From positions 28,024,001 to 28,088,000 of the forward strand of contig OX597819.1 of NCBI GenBank assembly GCA_951406725.2: a DNA stretch of 64,000 nt, given 5' to 3'. The stretch is from Octopus vulgaris (taxonomy: Eukaryota). Positions 53,881 through 64,000 of this stretch are shown piece after piece. Position 1 is the stretch's first letter; each line of letters begins with the position of its first letter. The notes beneath the pieces are model-generated. The model saw only the letters and a list, made by a program, of their open reading frames with translations. It was not told the origin of the DNA and searched no databases. The translations under genes and the position numbers were made by a program.

Positions 53881-56800
53881 TGGAAGGCGTCAAGCACTGT
53901 AGATATTATATAGTTAAATTGGATGTAGTAGTGGAGGTGGGTTTAGCCTATTAATGTAGAAATCATGCCTGAAACTTTTTATAAATGAAATTTTATCCTT
54001 TGTCATTTGTTATAGACAATCTGAAGATCTGTAGCTCCTCTCCTAAGTGCAGGCCTGAGCAACAACTTTTTTTCCTTTGTGGAAGACTAGACGTTGCACT
54101 TGCATACCAATCTTCCCACTCCATGCTACTGATGTTATGCAAGAGACAGGGAAAATCCAATACAGTTCCGCACAAGGAAGCAAGTGGCCAGAACAGATAC
54201 TGCATGGCAATTGGTCTAACAATAACAATTACTCAGAAGATGAATGTCAAAGTTGACCTCAGTACAATTTAGACTCAGAGCAGAGAAAGTCAGAAAAATA
54301 CTGTAAAATTCTATCTTAAGCTCTAATGACTCTTGTTAACATTAATTATAATTATTAAGAAGATAACATTAATACAGCCATTAAAATTCATCAATTAACA
54401 ATGAGAAACATTTACTGTTTTTCGAAACAATGACAGAAAGCATCAAACAATGAATGTTTCTTATTGATCCTACAATTCTTTTCACTATATTTTTCTCCTT
54501 CCCTGCAGTAATAGATAAGTGGCAATTATAATTAAACAGAACAATTATAATTAAACAGGTGCAAGGAATACAAATATGTTGGGGTTTCACAAATGAAATA
54601 TAATTGAAAAACTTAGTTCAAATGAACTTATCTGAGCAGACAATAACTTTTTCTTGTTGCTGTTTAAAAATAAAAATTTATAAACAATCTATAAACAACA
54701 GAGCGTTCAGCAGAAAGAAGCTGATAGAATAAATACTAGACTTAATAAAAATAAGTGCTGGGATCAATTTGATCAACTAAACTTTTAAATGTGGTACTCT
54801 CATGTTGGCTAGAATCCAATGACCAAAACATGTAAAATAATACTCACGAAGATTGTAGAAGGTTTGAAACAATATTATGATGTGTTAGCATGACACCTTT
54901 AGGTAATCCAGTTGTTCCACTTGAATAAGGTAATACAAGAACATCTTCTTTAGCGTTGCCAGAGTAAACTTCTGTTAAAGCAGTTCCGTCATCTTCTACA
55001 AGGGTTGAGAATGGACGACAACCATGTGAATTCCCAAACACAATAATTTCCTGGAAGAAAAATAGGCTCATGAAATAAGACTGAAAGGCCATGCAAAGTT
55101 GTTCAGTAGATCTATATCAAAAGAATTCTGTGCAGAATTTTCTTCTCCATCACTTTTCGATCCAAAGTTGTTTTCTAATACCACACTGCATGCACTCATC
55201 AAAATTTCACTCAAATTCTTTCTTCCTACCCCAAATCTTTCCACATGTGAAAAAATTAGATCTCTTCACTACAACAAGGTGATTGGTTTTAAAGTTTGGG
55301 AAGTGGTACTTACTCAGTCATGAGGTGACTTCCACCACATATATGTATGTATGCATGCATGCATAGATGCATATATGCATGCATGCATGCATGCATGCAT
55401 ACATACATACATACATACATACATACATACATACATACATACATACATACATACATACATACATACAAGGGGGTGCTGAAAAGTTCTTGGCTCTAAAGGA
55501 ATCACCAAAGGCCTGGTTGAAGGTCCAACATTCCAAGCCTTAGAAAAACTGAAGGACTGCTGCAATAAGCGAAGTACCACATATTCCATTTCCCCAAGAA
55601 CATCAAATTTAAAGATACACACATTTCCTATAAACTCTTTTCCAGAAAACTCTCGCCGACTTGCAATAAAATCACCTCCTTCAGAGATGACATTTTGGTA
55701 CTAAGGGACATTTAGTCCCCTGCTTGATTCAGTTCACTATCTTTTCACAGCAACCACAAATTGGATGTGTCTGTTCACTTCTAACAATAGAGAGCACTCA
55801 CTATATCTCATTTCATTTCATAAGGCGGCGAACTGGCAGAAACGTTAGCACGCCGGGCGAAATGCATAGCCGTATTTCGTCTATCGTTATGTTCCGGGTT
55901 CAAATTCTGCCGAGGTCGACTTTGCCTTTCATCCTTTCGGGGTCGATAAATTAAGTACCAGTTACGCACTGGGGTCGATGTAATCGACTTAATCCCTTTG
56001 TCTGTCCTTGTTTGTCCCCTCTGTGTTTAGCCCCTTGTGGGTAGTAAAGAAATATATATCTCATTTCATAATGGCTACTTTTGAAGATTGCAGGGTTACA
56101 TAATTAAACTGTTACCTAACACTCCACTGAATCCCTAAGTGCGAAACTGATTGGTAAGATTGGTCGAAATGGATATATAATACGGTACACTTAGATTAAT
56201 ATATATATATAGTGTTATACTTTTCAAATTAATAAATTGGAGTAGGAGAGTTGACATTTATGATCAGTGAAGGCCCTCACAAAGGTCAATGCATTAGGTT
56301 GATGTCTGCTGCAAAAATGAACAGAGAGAGAGTCCCAGTGGGTGCAGTTGTGAGTACGAAATATTGGAGAAAGTAATAAAGAGAACAGAGTGAGGCAAAG
56401 TGGAGATTAAAGATGAGAAATCAAGCGAATGTAATGAGAGAGAGAGAGAGATCTATGGAGGGAAGATTTTATTTCAAGATTTTATTCATCTCTTTCTTTG
56501 GTATGTTAAAGATTAAGCACATCAATTTAACATATTTTGCTTCTGATTATTTAGTCCTAGTACTTTGTAGTTTCAAACATATGTTCGGGATTAAAGAACA
56601 GCAGGTAGTATCAACTGTGGTAGCAGAAGCAATAACATTAGTTACAGCAATATATATTGTAACAGCTGATATTATTTATGCTGATATGTACAGAAACAAT
56701 TAACAGAGTTAACTATTCCAGTACAAAAATAAATTGTTTACAATACTTGCAAGAAGTAGTAAATAATATATTACTAAGATGACCTAACCAGTTGTGGGGT

Positions 56801-59800
56801 ATGTTGCTCTAAAAGCATAGTAACCAATATAAGAGCAGGGTATGAAAAATTTCTTTTTGACTGAAGTGTCGGTTGTATGTTGTTTGCATACAGAGACTGA
56901 TGTTGCATATTGGCAATGAATGCAGAGGATGTGTAAAGGCTGGAGAGAAATGAAGTAAGTATGCTTTGCTAGATGTGTAATGTTAGGGTGCACAAGTGAT
57001 ATGGCACAGATAAGCTGAGAAATAAATTGAACATAAGATGAATCAGACATAATGAACAAGAGATATGATTGTGCTGGTACAGACATGTAATGTATATGGA
57101 TGATCATAAATGGGTAGAAAAGTACTCCAAGTGGAAGGTAAATATAGAAGAAAACTCGCCAGGAACATATGGGCAGAGGTAGTGGTAGCTGATCTCAAAA
57201 CGTTGAACTTCACAATGGCAATGACAAGGAATACAGTAAATGGTAAGATAGGACCCATTCAATTCAAGCAAGCATGGAAAAGTTGATGTGAAAATGATGA
57301 GGTTGATATGAGCTGAAAAAGTCTTCAAAATGCCTTTTCCTAGAGGTGAGCATTTGTGATAATACCAACTTATTTAGGTCACTTGATTTATTAAGGTAAT
57401 AACACTGTGTAACATGATTTTTGTCCTTGGGTAACGACTGCTATTTTCTATTTGCTTACCCCTACAAAGCATGAAAAACGGCTAATATTTCCCCCAAACT
57501 TTGCTTTTGTTACATTTATTCAAACCCCAAAGAATCCCTCTCAACACTTGGCTATGATGCTCCCACCACTACTCCTGCTCATGATCAGAGATATATATAT
57601 TATCAACCACTAAGGGACATGCTCAAGTGGTTAAGGTCAAACAACTGACAAGCAAATCTGTGGTGTTGAGCAGAATATTTGCTATAACGATATTTCTATT
57701 TCAGCAACTCAGCCCTGAATCTGTCTGAAATCTAATGGAAAATAGGTCAGTTTTGAAACATTGATGTCCAGGTCAAGTTTGAAGGGAACAGTAGTCATTT
57801 CCTTTTATTTCTAGATAGAAGCAAATAGGAAATAACACTTACTGACCAAAGACAAAAATAAAATCAATTAAAATTTTGTTACATAGTGAAATTTATTTAT
57901 TTTAGTTTTCATTTATTTTATATTATAATTTGTGAACATGGTGTTATTATGTGTTACAGCTTTCCAATTAGCTAATCACTGGTTCACTATATTTCTCTAA
58001 ACAAAAAGCAAGAATGATAATAGTGTATAGAACTTGATACAAATATTACCTTCACAGACTTTGTCTGTAAAGCACTGTTCATTTCTTTTGTTTTCTCAAC
58101 ATTGTCTTTATCTTACACTGATAAACATTAGTGAAAGCTACACACACACATTATATACAACAGGCTTCCACACAGTTTCTGTCTAGCAAATACTATTCAC
58201 AAAGCATTGATCAGCCCAAAGCTATGGCATTAGATACTTGTCCAAAGTTCTGTCTGCACAGTCAGATTGACTATAGAGGAAAGACTAAATATAGTGGTTA
58301 GTTCAGGGCCTGGGGGAGTGGGTACAATAAAGAGACGAGGGGAAAAGAGATGAATGTGTCAGGAGTACCTGAGTTGAGGAAGTACAAGAGCAGCTAACTC
58401 CGAGGAACAGAGGTCAGTATTGTAGCAATAGAGAGGAGATAGCATGCCTGTGGGTGAGAAGCTGGAGTGTGTCTGTGAGTGAGTAGAAACAGGAGATAGT
58501 ATAGTTGAGGACCAGAGGTTGGAATATGTTTTAACAATACATCTATGCCAGCACCTATTTGCTAAGAGTTCGCAATTCATTTCCTTCCAGCTTTTCAGTT
58601 GCATATATCTTTTTCCATCATATAACAAAAATGGGTCTTCTTTCAGGAATGTAAGTCCTTTATTTCTATCAGCCACAGTAATTTAATTTCTTGTGGTCCA
58701 CCTTACAGATTCATAATACTGTTTTGATATTTTCTTCCTTTCTCTTTACAATTATAAAAATGTTATGATGTTATCAAGTTAGAAAGACTCCGACGGTTAC
58801 GACGCCGAGGGTCCCAGCTGATACGATCAATGGAACAGCTTGCTCGTGAAATTAACGTGCAAATGGCTGAGCATTCCACAGACACGTGTACCCTTAACGT
58901 AGTTCTCGGGGATAATCAGTGTGACACAGAGAGTGACAAGGCTGACCCTTTGAAATACAAGTACAACTCATTTTTGCCAGCTGAGTGGACTGGAGCAACG
59001 TGAAATAAAGTGTCTTGCTCAAGGACACAACGCGTCGCCGGGAATCAAACTCACAACCTTACGATCATGAGCCGAATGCCCTAACCACTAAGCCACGCGC
59101 CCTCACTGTTATCAAGTAAACTTAAATGATACACAGACCTTCAGTTTAATAATTTCACTGGTACCCACAGCCTCCTTAACCGTTGATACCAACTCTTCTG
59201 TAGTTATTATTGCACAGCACTCAGAATTCTCCAAATGAAATTTCAATTCCTCTACAAAACAAAGACAAGTTTCTAAATAATTTCTGCAAACAGAACATTT
59301 TGGTCTTAAAATTTGGTATTTGATTCTATATGAATAAAACAATCTTCAATTGGAAACTTGTAACAGGTGTGAATAGGTAGAAAATTAGAGAATTTTTTTT
59401 GAGCAACTCAAACTCTATTTCAACACTATATTCTCTACCTTTCCTACGGTCATGTTCTCTACCTTTCCAGTCAATATCCAGTATATACAGAATTTAACAC
59501 TATACTAGCTCGAAAAAATTATTCTATATAAACAATAAAAGAACAATGTACCATAAGTATAAATATGGTATTGTTGGTAATATTATTGCTTAGGTTCATA
59601 CATATATGTATGGTGTGAAATGAGGTAGATTTGGTCGCTTTCTCCAGCACATTCGACAATAATGTCAAGGCCCCTTCTTTAAATTGTATAAACAGGTTGT
59701 TTACCATGGTGTCTCAGTGTCCCATTTCTACTAAGTAACAAAGCTGTCATGGCAATCACTTAGTCATTAAGTAAACTAATCAATCAAAGTCCCAGTATAA

Positions 59801-60052
59801 AGTGGTGGACTGGCAGAAACATTAGAGTATCAGAGATACCTTGTGGTAGTTGTTCCAGCCTTTTGCATTCTGATTGCACCTAATTGGGTGGTAAACTTAA
59901 TCTGTCACCCAGTTTAACGCCATTACCTGGCTTTTGGGTATCTTTAGCAGAGACCATAGTGCTACAAGCATTCAAATCAGGTCTCCAGTGTGAGCACAAC
60001 TTTTTCTCTCCCTCCCATGTCTCAGTGACCTTGCAAAGAACCATGTTAAGCA

Positions 60053-60083
<31 letters not shown>

Positions 60084-60657
60084 GTATTAAGCTAATGTTT
60101 GGGACATAAATTAACATAGAATTTCAAAGGGATGTCTTAATTTAGGTCACTTAGAAACAAGAAAGTTTATCTTGGCACAATATCCAGTTTAAGTAGGTTG
60201 GTAACAAAAGCATTAAACTATTGCAAGTCAATGCTTGCAAGAAAAACACATTCAGAGAGAAAATCTGTCCTGGCTTTCACACATGTGTGCTGGTGCCCCC
60301 ATGAAACAATTCAAAAACTCTAACATTTATCCACAGGTTTTATTCCTTGTCTGCTTATACACATATTCTGGAAAGAAAAGACTGAGTATAGTGGTTAATG
60401 TAAGAGGACTGGATTCCAGTGCTCAGCTTATTTTACCAAACCTGAAAGGATGAAAGGCAAAATTAACTGCAATGGAATTTGGCCTCAGAACCCAAAGTTG
60501 GAAGAAATGCTATTAAGCATTTTGTCTGGCATGGAAGCAATTCTGCCTGCTCACCACCTTACTGCTGCTGCTGCTGCTACTACTACTGCTACTACTGCTG
60601 CTGCTGCTGCTACTACTGCCACTACTGCTGCTGCTACTACTGCCACTACTGCTGCTG

Positions 60658-60735
<78 letters not shown>

Positions 60736-63700
60736 CTAACACTACTACTACTTTCACCACCACTACTGCTGCTGCCACTACCACCATCACTACTACTAAT
60801 AATAATAATATTCTTTTTTACTCTAGGCATATGGCCCAAAATTTTTGGGGATGGTGGGTGGGGGGCACTCGATTAGATTGACCCAGTACACAACTAGTAC
60901 TTGATTTATGAACCCTGAAAGGATGAAAGGCAAAGTTGACCTCAGCGCAGTTTGAACTCAGAATGTAAAGACGGATGAAATACTGCTAAGCATTTCACCC
61001 AGCGTGCTAATGTTTCTGCCAGCTTGCCACCTTAATAATAAGGATAATACTAATAATGTTTTCTTATGAACTGCGAAGCGTTCACAAAAAACATTGGGGA
61101 CAGTACGGGACAATACAATGTGTGATTACATAAAAAGCATGCAAAAAGTACAAAAACAGTAACACAATGAAATTATAACAATGAATAATTCCCCAAAAGA
61201 GGGTGAATTCTTAGGGTTGCTACCCTGACCACTCGAGCCAGAGCCCTCTCCTACAAGCACATACTTAGAGTAGGCCAGTTCAACTGCACTATTCTTGTAA
61301 CATTTTTTTCTAATCTAATCACAAGGCCCAAAATTTTTAGGGAGGGGTCCAGTCGATTAGATCGACTTCAGTATGCAACTGGTACTTAATTTATCGACCC
61401 CAAAAGGATGAAAGGCAAAGTTGAACTTGGTAGAATTTGAACATAAAGACAGACAAAATATTGCTAAGCATTTCGCCTGGCATGTTAATGTTTCTGCCAA
61501 CTTGCCACCATTCTTGTAACATTCACCTAACTTTTAACAAAATTGCTGCGAGACAGCACTTCCCTCTCTACCCTCACTTCCCCAGACTGACATTATGTCT
61601 ATCAACCTTGAAAGGATAAAGATTAAAGTCATCATCAGTGTGACTTAAATTCAGGATGCAAATAGCTGGAATGAATACTGTAATGCATTCTACCTAATGC
61701 TCTAATGACTCTGCCAACTTGCTGCCTATAAGAGTGCAACTGTGAAATATAAAATAATGACCATACTTGCTGAATAGGCTGAGTTCATCGTCGTAGTTGT
61801 CAATCCAGCTGCAGCTGCTGCAATATATACAAGCAAGTATTCAGGATTATTGGTAGAAAATACTGCAATGACATCTCCAGGTTTATATCCAGATTTCTTA
61901 AAAGCACTTGCTACTTTTAAAGATTTAGAAATTACATCTGAATATGAATATTTAACTCCAGTCAAACCATTTTCCTGTTGAATTAGAAAAGAAAAAGAAA
62001 TTGATTAATTAAACAGCAACATGTAAAATTAATCATAATTGTCATTGTCATTGTCGTCATTACCTTCATCACCAGCACCACCACCATGACTATCATTATC
62101 ATCATTATCATCAGCAGCAATGAACCCCACCCAATCATCATCATCATTTTATGTATGTCCACTTTTCGCTTCTGGAATAGGTTGAACTGATCTGTTAGTT
62201 TTTTAAGTCTAGTTCTCAACCACAAGGTTTTAGATTTAGTCCCATTGCATGGTATTTTGAGAAAGTAGCTTATATTATAAACCTTTAATACACAACCAAA
62301 AAAAGCTACTAATAGTTTCATGCTTTTAATGCACTTTAACTAGGTGTATTTATAAAATATGCCATGTATCTCCAAGCAATCTTCCAGGCTCTGTGTATGC
62401 AATATATACATATTCAATTTTTTGTATTTCTTTCATGTTTCTTTCCTATTTTCTGACTGTCCAGCATCCTTGTTTTTAAAATATATATAATGCTTAAACA
62501 GAAGCTGAAAAATTGCTTGGAGATACATGCTTAGTTAAAGTATCATAAAACCTAAATCTAGTAGCTCTGTGTCACTTTGGCAACTTTCTTTTTCTTTTCT
62601 CACTTTCTCTCACTCTCTTTCACTCACTCTCTCTCTTTCTCTCTCTTACTCTCACTCTGGTGGTAGTGGTGGTGGTGGTGACAGTGGTGCTGGTGGCAGT
62701 GGTAATGGTCATAATGAAATGTTGCTGTTGCAGTTATTTTGAGTGACATTCAAACATTTTATTTGTTGTACTTAAAAAAAAAAAGGACTCCTACTTTGAT
62801 TCTCAACCATAAATTTTGCTAAAAAGATTACTTTCCTACCACCACTGCCAAACACTACTGCCGAACCACCAATACCTTCAACCATTACCTCTACTCATAT
62901 ACCATCACCATCATCGCAATCAGCCACTGTTCTCACCACAACCACCACCTTCACTCCATACAGACTTTATAAGTAAGATATTAAATCTTCTATCAGTGGT
63001 GATCAGTGCTTGGACTTGAGATGCAAATTATCAGTTTTAATTACATACATTTACTTCATAATTAGCTTAAAGTCAAGTGATGGTAGCAACACGGTATAAT
63101 AAAATACTATATAAGAATAATGAGGATGACGATAGCAATGAAGACAACACACACACACACACAGAGTCTATAGCCTGCAGTGGTAATACAACAAGGATAA
63201 TAAACAAACAGAAAACCCCTTCCAGTGCTACATCAAACCTCCACCGACGACTTACACTGCAGTATGTAGGTGTGGGTGAGGAGGAAGGTAGAGATTCAAC
63301 ACTTACTTAGATGCTTCATTCATTTATACGGCTGTCCGTCCATACATACATACATACATACATACATACACGAGTGTGTGTGTTTGTCCTCCACCACCAT
63401 TTAACAGCTGGTCCTGATTCATTTCCATCCCTGCAACCTAGCAGTTTGGCAAAAAGAAACAGATAGAAACAAGTAAAAGGAAAAAGGTAAAAATATATAT
63501 ATTCATACTTACAATGAGTGGCCTGTCTTTGTATTGTTCTAATTGAGAGAGTATAAAAGAACCAAAATCCACATTGTCAGGTATAGTTAGTGGTTTGTAT
63601 GCACTTTCAATAATACCCGCTTTAGTCTGCTGTAGACAGCATGTTGTACTAAATGGGTAACACGAAATGGGAATAGATGAACAACTTTTATATTTGCCAT

Positions 63701-63809
63701 AATTTAACAACCATGAGACATTCTTTTGACATTTTTGTGTAGTCCCAGATTTCGAAATAATCTTTGAAGTTAAGCTGTATAAATTTGGTCTTAAAGAATT
63801 TTGTAACAT
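32211..63809 (-). CDS. 4-coumarate-CoA ligase-like / firefly-luciferase-like acyl-CoA synthetase (ANL superfamily), 11 coding exons, 592 aa (complete copy)
   Basis: Exons 63513-63809, 61767-61974, 59139-59251, 54848-55050, 50795-50960, 48493-48664, 47060-47160, 43625-43766, 39284-39366, 35277-35442 and 32211-32338 join with GT-AG ends and consistent phases (0,1,0,2,0,1,0,1,0,1) to 1779 nt. Motifs: [91 protein letters not shown]. Confidence 0.95.
35277..35442 (-). CDS. ACS/4CL-like coding exon 10
   Basis: Encodes [38 protein letters not shown]; gctag acceptor and GTTTAC donor. Confidence 0.95.
36149..36905. repeat. Near-perfect long inverted repeat (arms ~36149-36512 and 36544-36905)
   Basis: ~360-bp arms with only a handful of mismatches, ~30-nt spacer, flanked by (TA)n arrays. 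Confidence 0.95.
37223..38361. repeat. Nested inverted repeats (outer 37223-37460 / 38127-38361; inner 37862-37930 / 38015-38085)
   Basis: Direct reverse-complement matches, more diverged than the 36.1-36.9 kb palindrome. Confidence 0.85.
38131..38232 (+). ncRNA. Hammerhead-like motif with long stem II (inverted twin at 37356-37458)
   Basis: GAC-CTGAAGA-GTGGCTATAT...ATATAGTC(A)C-(G)AAAC..GTA-G(T)C; the two copies together reconstruct an intact core. Confidence 0.5.
38474..38613 (+). ncRNA. Hammerhead ribozyme motif with extended stem II (Penelope pLTR-like)
   Basis: CTGACGA (38480), stem II CCTATGGT/ACCATAGG, GAAAC (38596), palindromic AGCT, GTA cleavage triplet; stem I imperfect. Confidence 0.6.
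39284..39366 (-). CDS. ACS/4CL-like coding exon 9 (not in the ORF track)
   Basis: Read directly as (G)[27 protein letters not shown]; tatag acceptor and GTAACT donor. Confidence 0.95.
41045..42932. mobile_element. Mariner-derived element with two inverted 5' ends, host to an LTR insertion
   Basis: 41065-41260 and 42760-42928 are reverse complements; minus-strand transposase HTH piece SVYEW...[14 protein letters not shown] at 41290-41450. Confidence 0.75.
41453..42716 (-). mobile_element. Internally deleted Gypsy-like LTR retrotransposon (LTRs 42501-42716 and 41453-~41630, gag remnant)
   Basis: TG...CA LTR pair, PBS TGGCGACAA at 42491-42499, gag-like LLRKL...E.F...ILSRKP.EL.F; flanks AAACC/AAGCC fit a 5-bp TSD with one mismatch. 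Confidence 0.85.
43625..43766 (-). CDS. ACS/4CL-like coding exon 8
   Basis: Encodes IIDPET...[21 protein letters not shown]...GWLYS; gctag acceptor and GTAGGG donor. Confidence 0.95.
45705..46957 (-). mobile_element. Full-length defective mariner (second family, DD34D)
   Basis: TIRs ttgcctagaaacttctgagcgttttt / aaaaacgctcagaaatttctagacaa; motifs WVPHK, FQEDNA and [16 protein letters not shown]. Confidence 0.93.
47060..47160 (-). CDS. ACS/4CL-like coding exon 7
   Basis: Encodes GYGLTETSP...GSVG; aatag acceptor and GTAAAT donor. Confidence 0.95.
48493..48664 (-). CDS. ACS/4CL-like coding exon 6
   Basis: Encodes [21 protein letters not shown]...SGAAPLG; ttacag acceptor and GTAAAT donor. Confidence 0.95.
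50795..50960 (-). CDS. ACS/4CL-like coding exon 5
   Basis: Encodes [12 protein letters not shown]...[10 protein letters not shown]; ttgcag acceptor and GTAAGG donor. Confidence 0.95.
50997..52430 (-). mobile_element. Internally deleted RTE LINE (APE endonuclease start joined to ORF2 end, 3' UTR, (GAT)n tail)
   Basis: [21 protein letters not shown]...CCIQEVRW at 52300-52425; [10 protein letters not shown] at ~51720; the tail ends ~35 nt from the exon 5 acceptor. Confidence 0.85.
51335..51559. mobile_element. hAT (Charlie-type) MITE with 8-bp TSD
   Basis: TIR CAGGGGTGGGCAAACT / AGTTTGCCCACCCCTG; TSD ATCTAAGG on both sides. Confidence 0.93.
54848..55050 (-). CDS. ACS/4CL-like coding exon 4 (AMP-binding P-loop)
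   Basis: Encodes [20 protein letters not shown]; ttccag acceptor and GTGAGT donor. Confidence 0.96.
55340..55467. repeat. Compound (CATG)n/(CATA)n microsatellite
   Basis: Direct reading. Confidence 0.9.
55823..56052 (+). mobile_element. Intact young SINE family A
   Basis: GGCGGCGAACTGGCAGAAACGTTAG...GGTTCAAATTC...GAGGTCGACTTTGCCTTTCATCC; CpGs retained; TSD-like TATATCTCATTTCAT flanks. Confidence 0.9.
56860..57305 (+). mobile_element. Old RTE LINE 3' fragment
   Basis: Degenerate homolog of 21200-21800. Confidence 0.6.
58780..59106 (-). mobile_element. tRNA-headed SINE (shares its 3' tail with 9173-9545) with 11-bp TSD
   Basis: Head GGGCGCGTGGCTTAGTGGTTAGG, core TGTGTCCTTGAGCAAGACACTTT; TSD TGTTATCAAGT at 58769-58779 and 59107-59117. 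Confidence 0.9.
59139..59251 (-). CDS. ACS/4CL-like coding exon 3 ([11 protein letters not shown]...IIKLK)
   Basis: ttgtag acceptor and GTCTGT donor; phase 1 to 0 fits both neighbours. Confidence 0.88.
60560..60810. repeat. Compound (GCT)n/(ACT)n/(AAT)n microsatellite
   Basis: About 250 bp here versus about 90 bp at the duplicate position 252-343. Confidence 0.9.
61767..61974 (-). CDS. ACS/4CL-like coding exon 2 ([11 protein letters not shown]...MNSAYSA)
   Basis: caacag acceptor and GTATGG donor; [18 protein letters not shown] is typical of the ANL N-terminal domain. Confidence 0.93.
63513..63809 (-). CDS. ACS/4CL-like coding exon 1 (MLQNSLRP...KDRPLI)
   Basis: Acceptor ttgcag 10 nt upstream of the ATG; donor GTAAGT; 99 codons; duplicated at 4420-4716. 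Confidence 0.85.
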
Positions 63810-64000
63810 ATTTGCTGATCTGCAATAGAACACCAAAGAATATAAAGGAATTACAATCAAATATTCCATATTGCATACTTCATATTTCTGTAATTAATGA
63901 ATAATGAATGTAAAAATAAATTAATATAAAAAAAAAGGCTAAGATGTAACTATGTATCAAAAGAAAACAATCACTGAGCTCTCTTCTATGATGAGTCTTA

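Larger units (their letters stand above)
60309..64000. repeat. Direct segmental duplicate of 1-4929
   Basis: Starts attcaaaaactctaacattt and ends ...tgatgagtctta, matching the window start. Confidence 0.95.

Noticed and set aside
59030-59106. tRNA genes at SINE heads (also ~9480-9545, 18270-18340, 55823-55910)
   Set aside because: They have A/B boxes but no complete cloverleaf, and continue into SINE bodies with tails, most with TSDs.
60450-60881. 143-aa Thr/Ala-rich ORF (antifreeze- or mucin-like) and overlapping poly-Ser/Cys/Val ORFs
   Set aside because: They are a trinucleotide microsatellite inside antisense SINE sequence in an intron, and the length differs in the duplicate.
63810-63869. 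Longer N-terminus suggested by the ORF track (MEYLIV... / MQYGIF...)
   Set aside because: It lies upstream of the AG acceptor at 63820-63821 and differs in frame between the two copies, so it is intronic.

Overview
AT-rich, repeat-dense animal genomic DNA. The tRNA-derived SINEs, RTE LINEs and (TA)n/(CA)n load resemble an octopod cephalopod (inferred, not searched). The main feature is one complete minus-strand gene of 11 coding exons (63809 to 32211). I spliced it by hand: all junctions are GT-AG and phase-consistent, giving 1779 nt / 592 aa. It encodes a 4-coumarate-CoA-ligase/firefly-luciferase-like acyl-CoA synthetase (ANL adenylating superfamily). The protein has a ~65-aa acid-free N-terminal extension that looks like a mitochondrial presequence, and ends ...NKLND*, a PTS1-like NKL buried by two residues. 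The first two coding exons of a near-identical second copy lie ~59-60 kb downstream (4716-1306), and that copy runs off the left edge. This is either a recent tandem duplication or an uncollapsed haplotype; a 100-N gap sits inside the copy. The rest is decayed mobile DNA: mariners, a piggyBac, RTE/Penelope/L1-like fragments, a Gypsy-like LTR remnant, Helitron-like and MITE elements, and three SINE families. The most unusual non-coding signals are a cluster of Penelope-type minimal hammerhead-ribozyme motifs and several (TA)n-anchored fold-back inversions, concentrated in the intron at 35443-39283.
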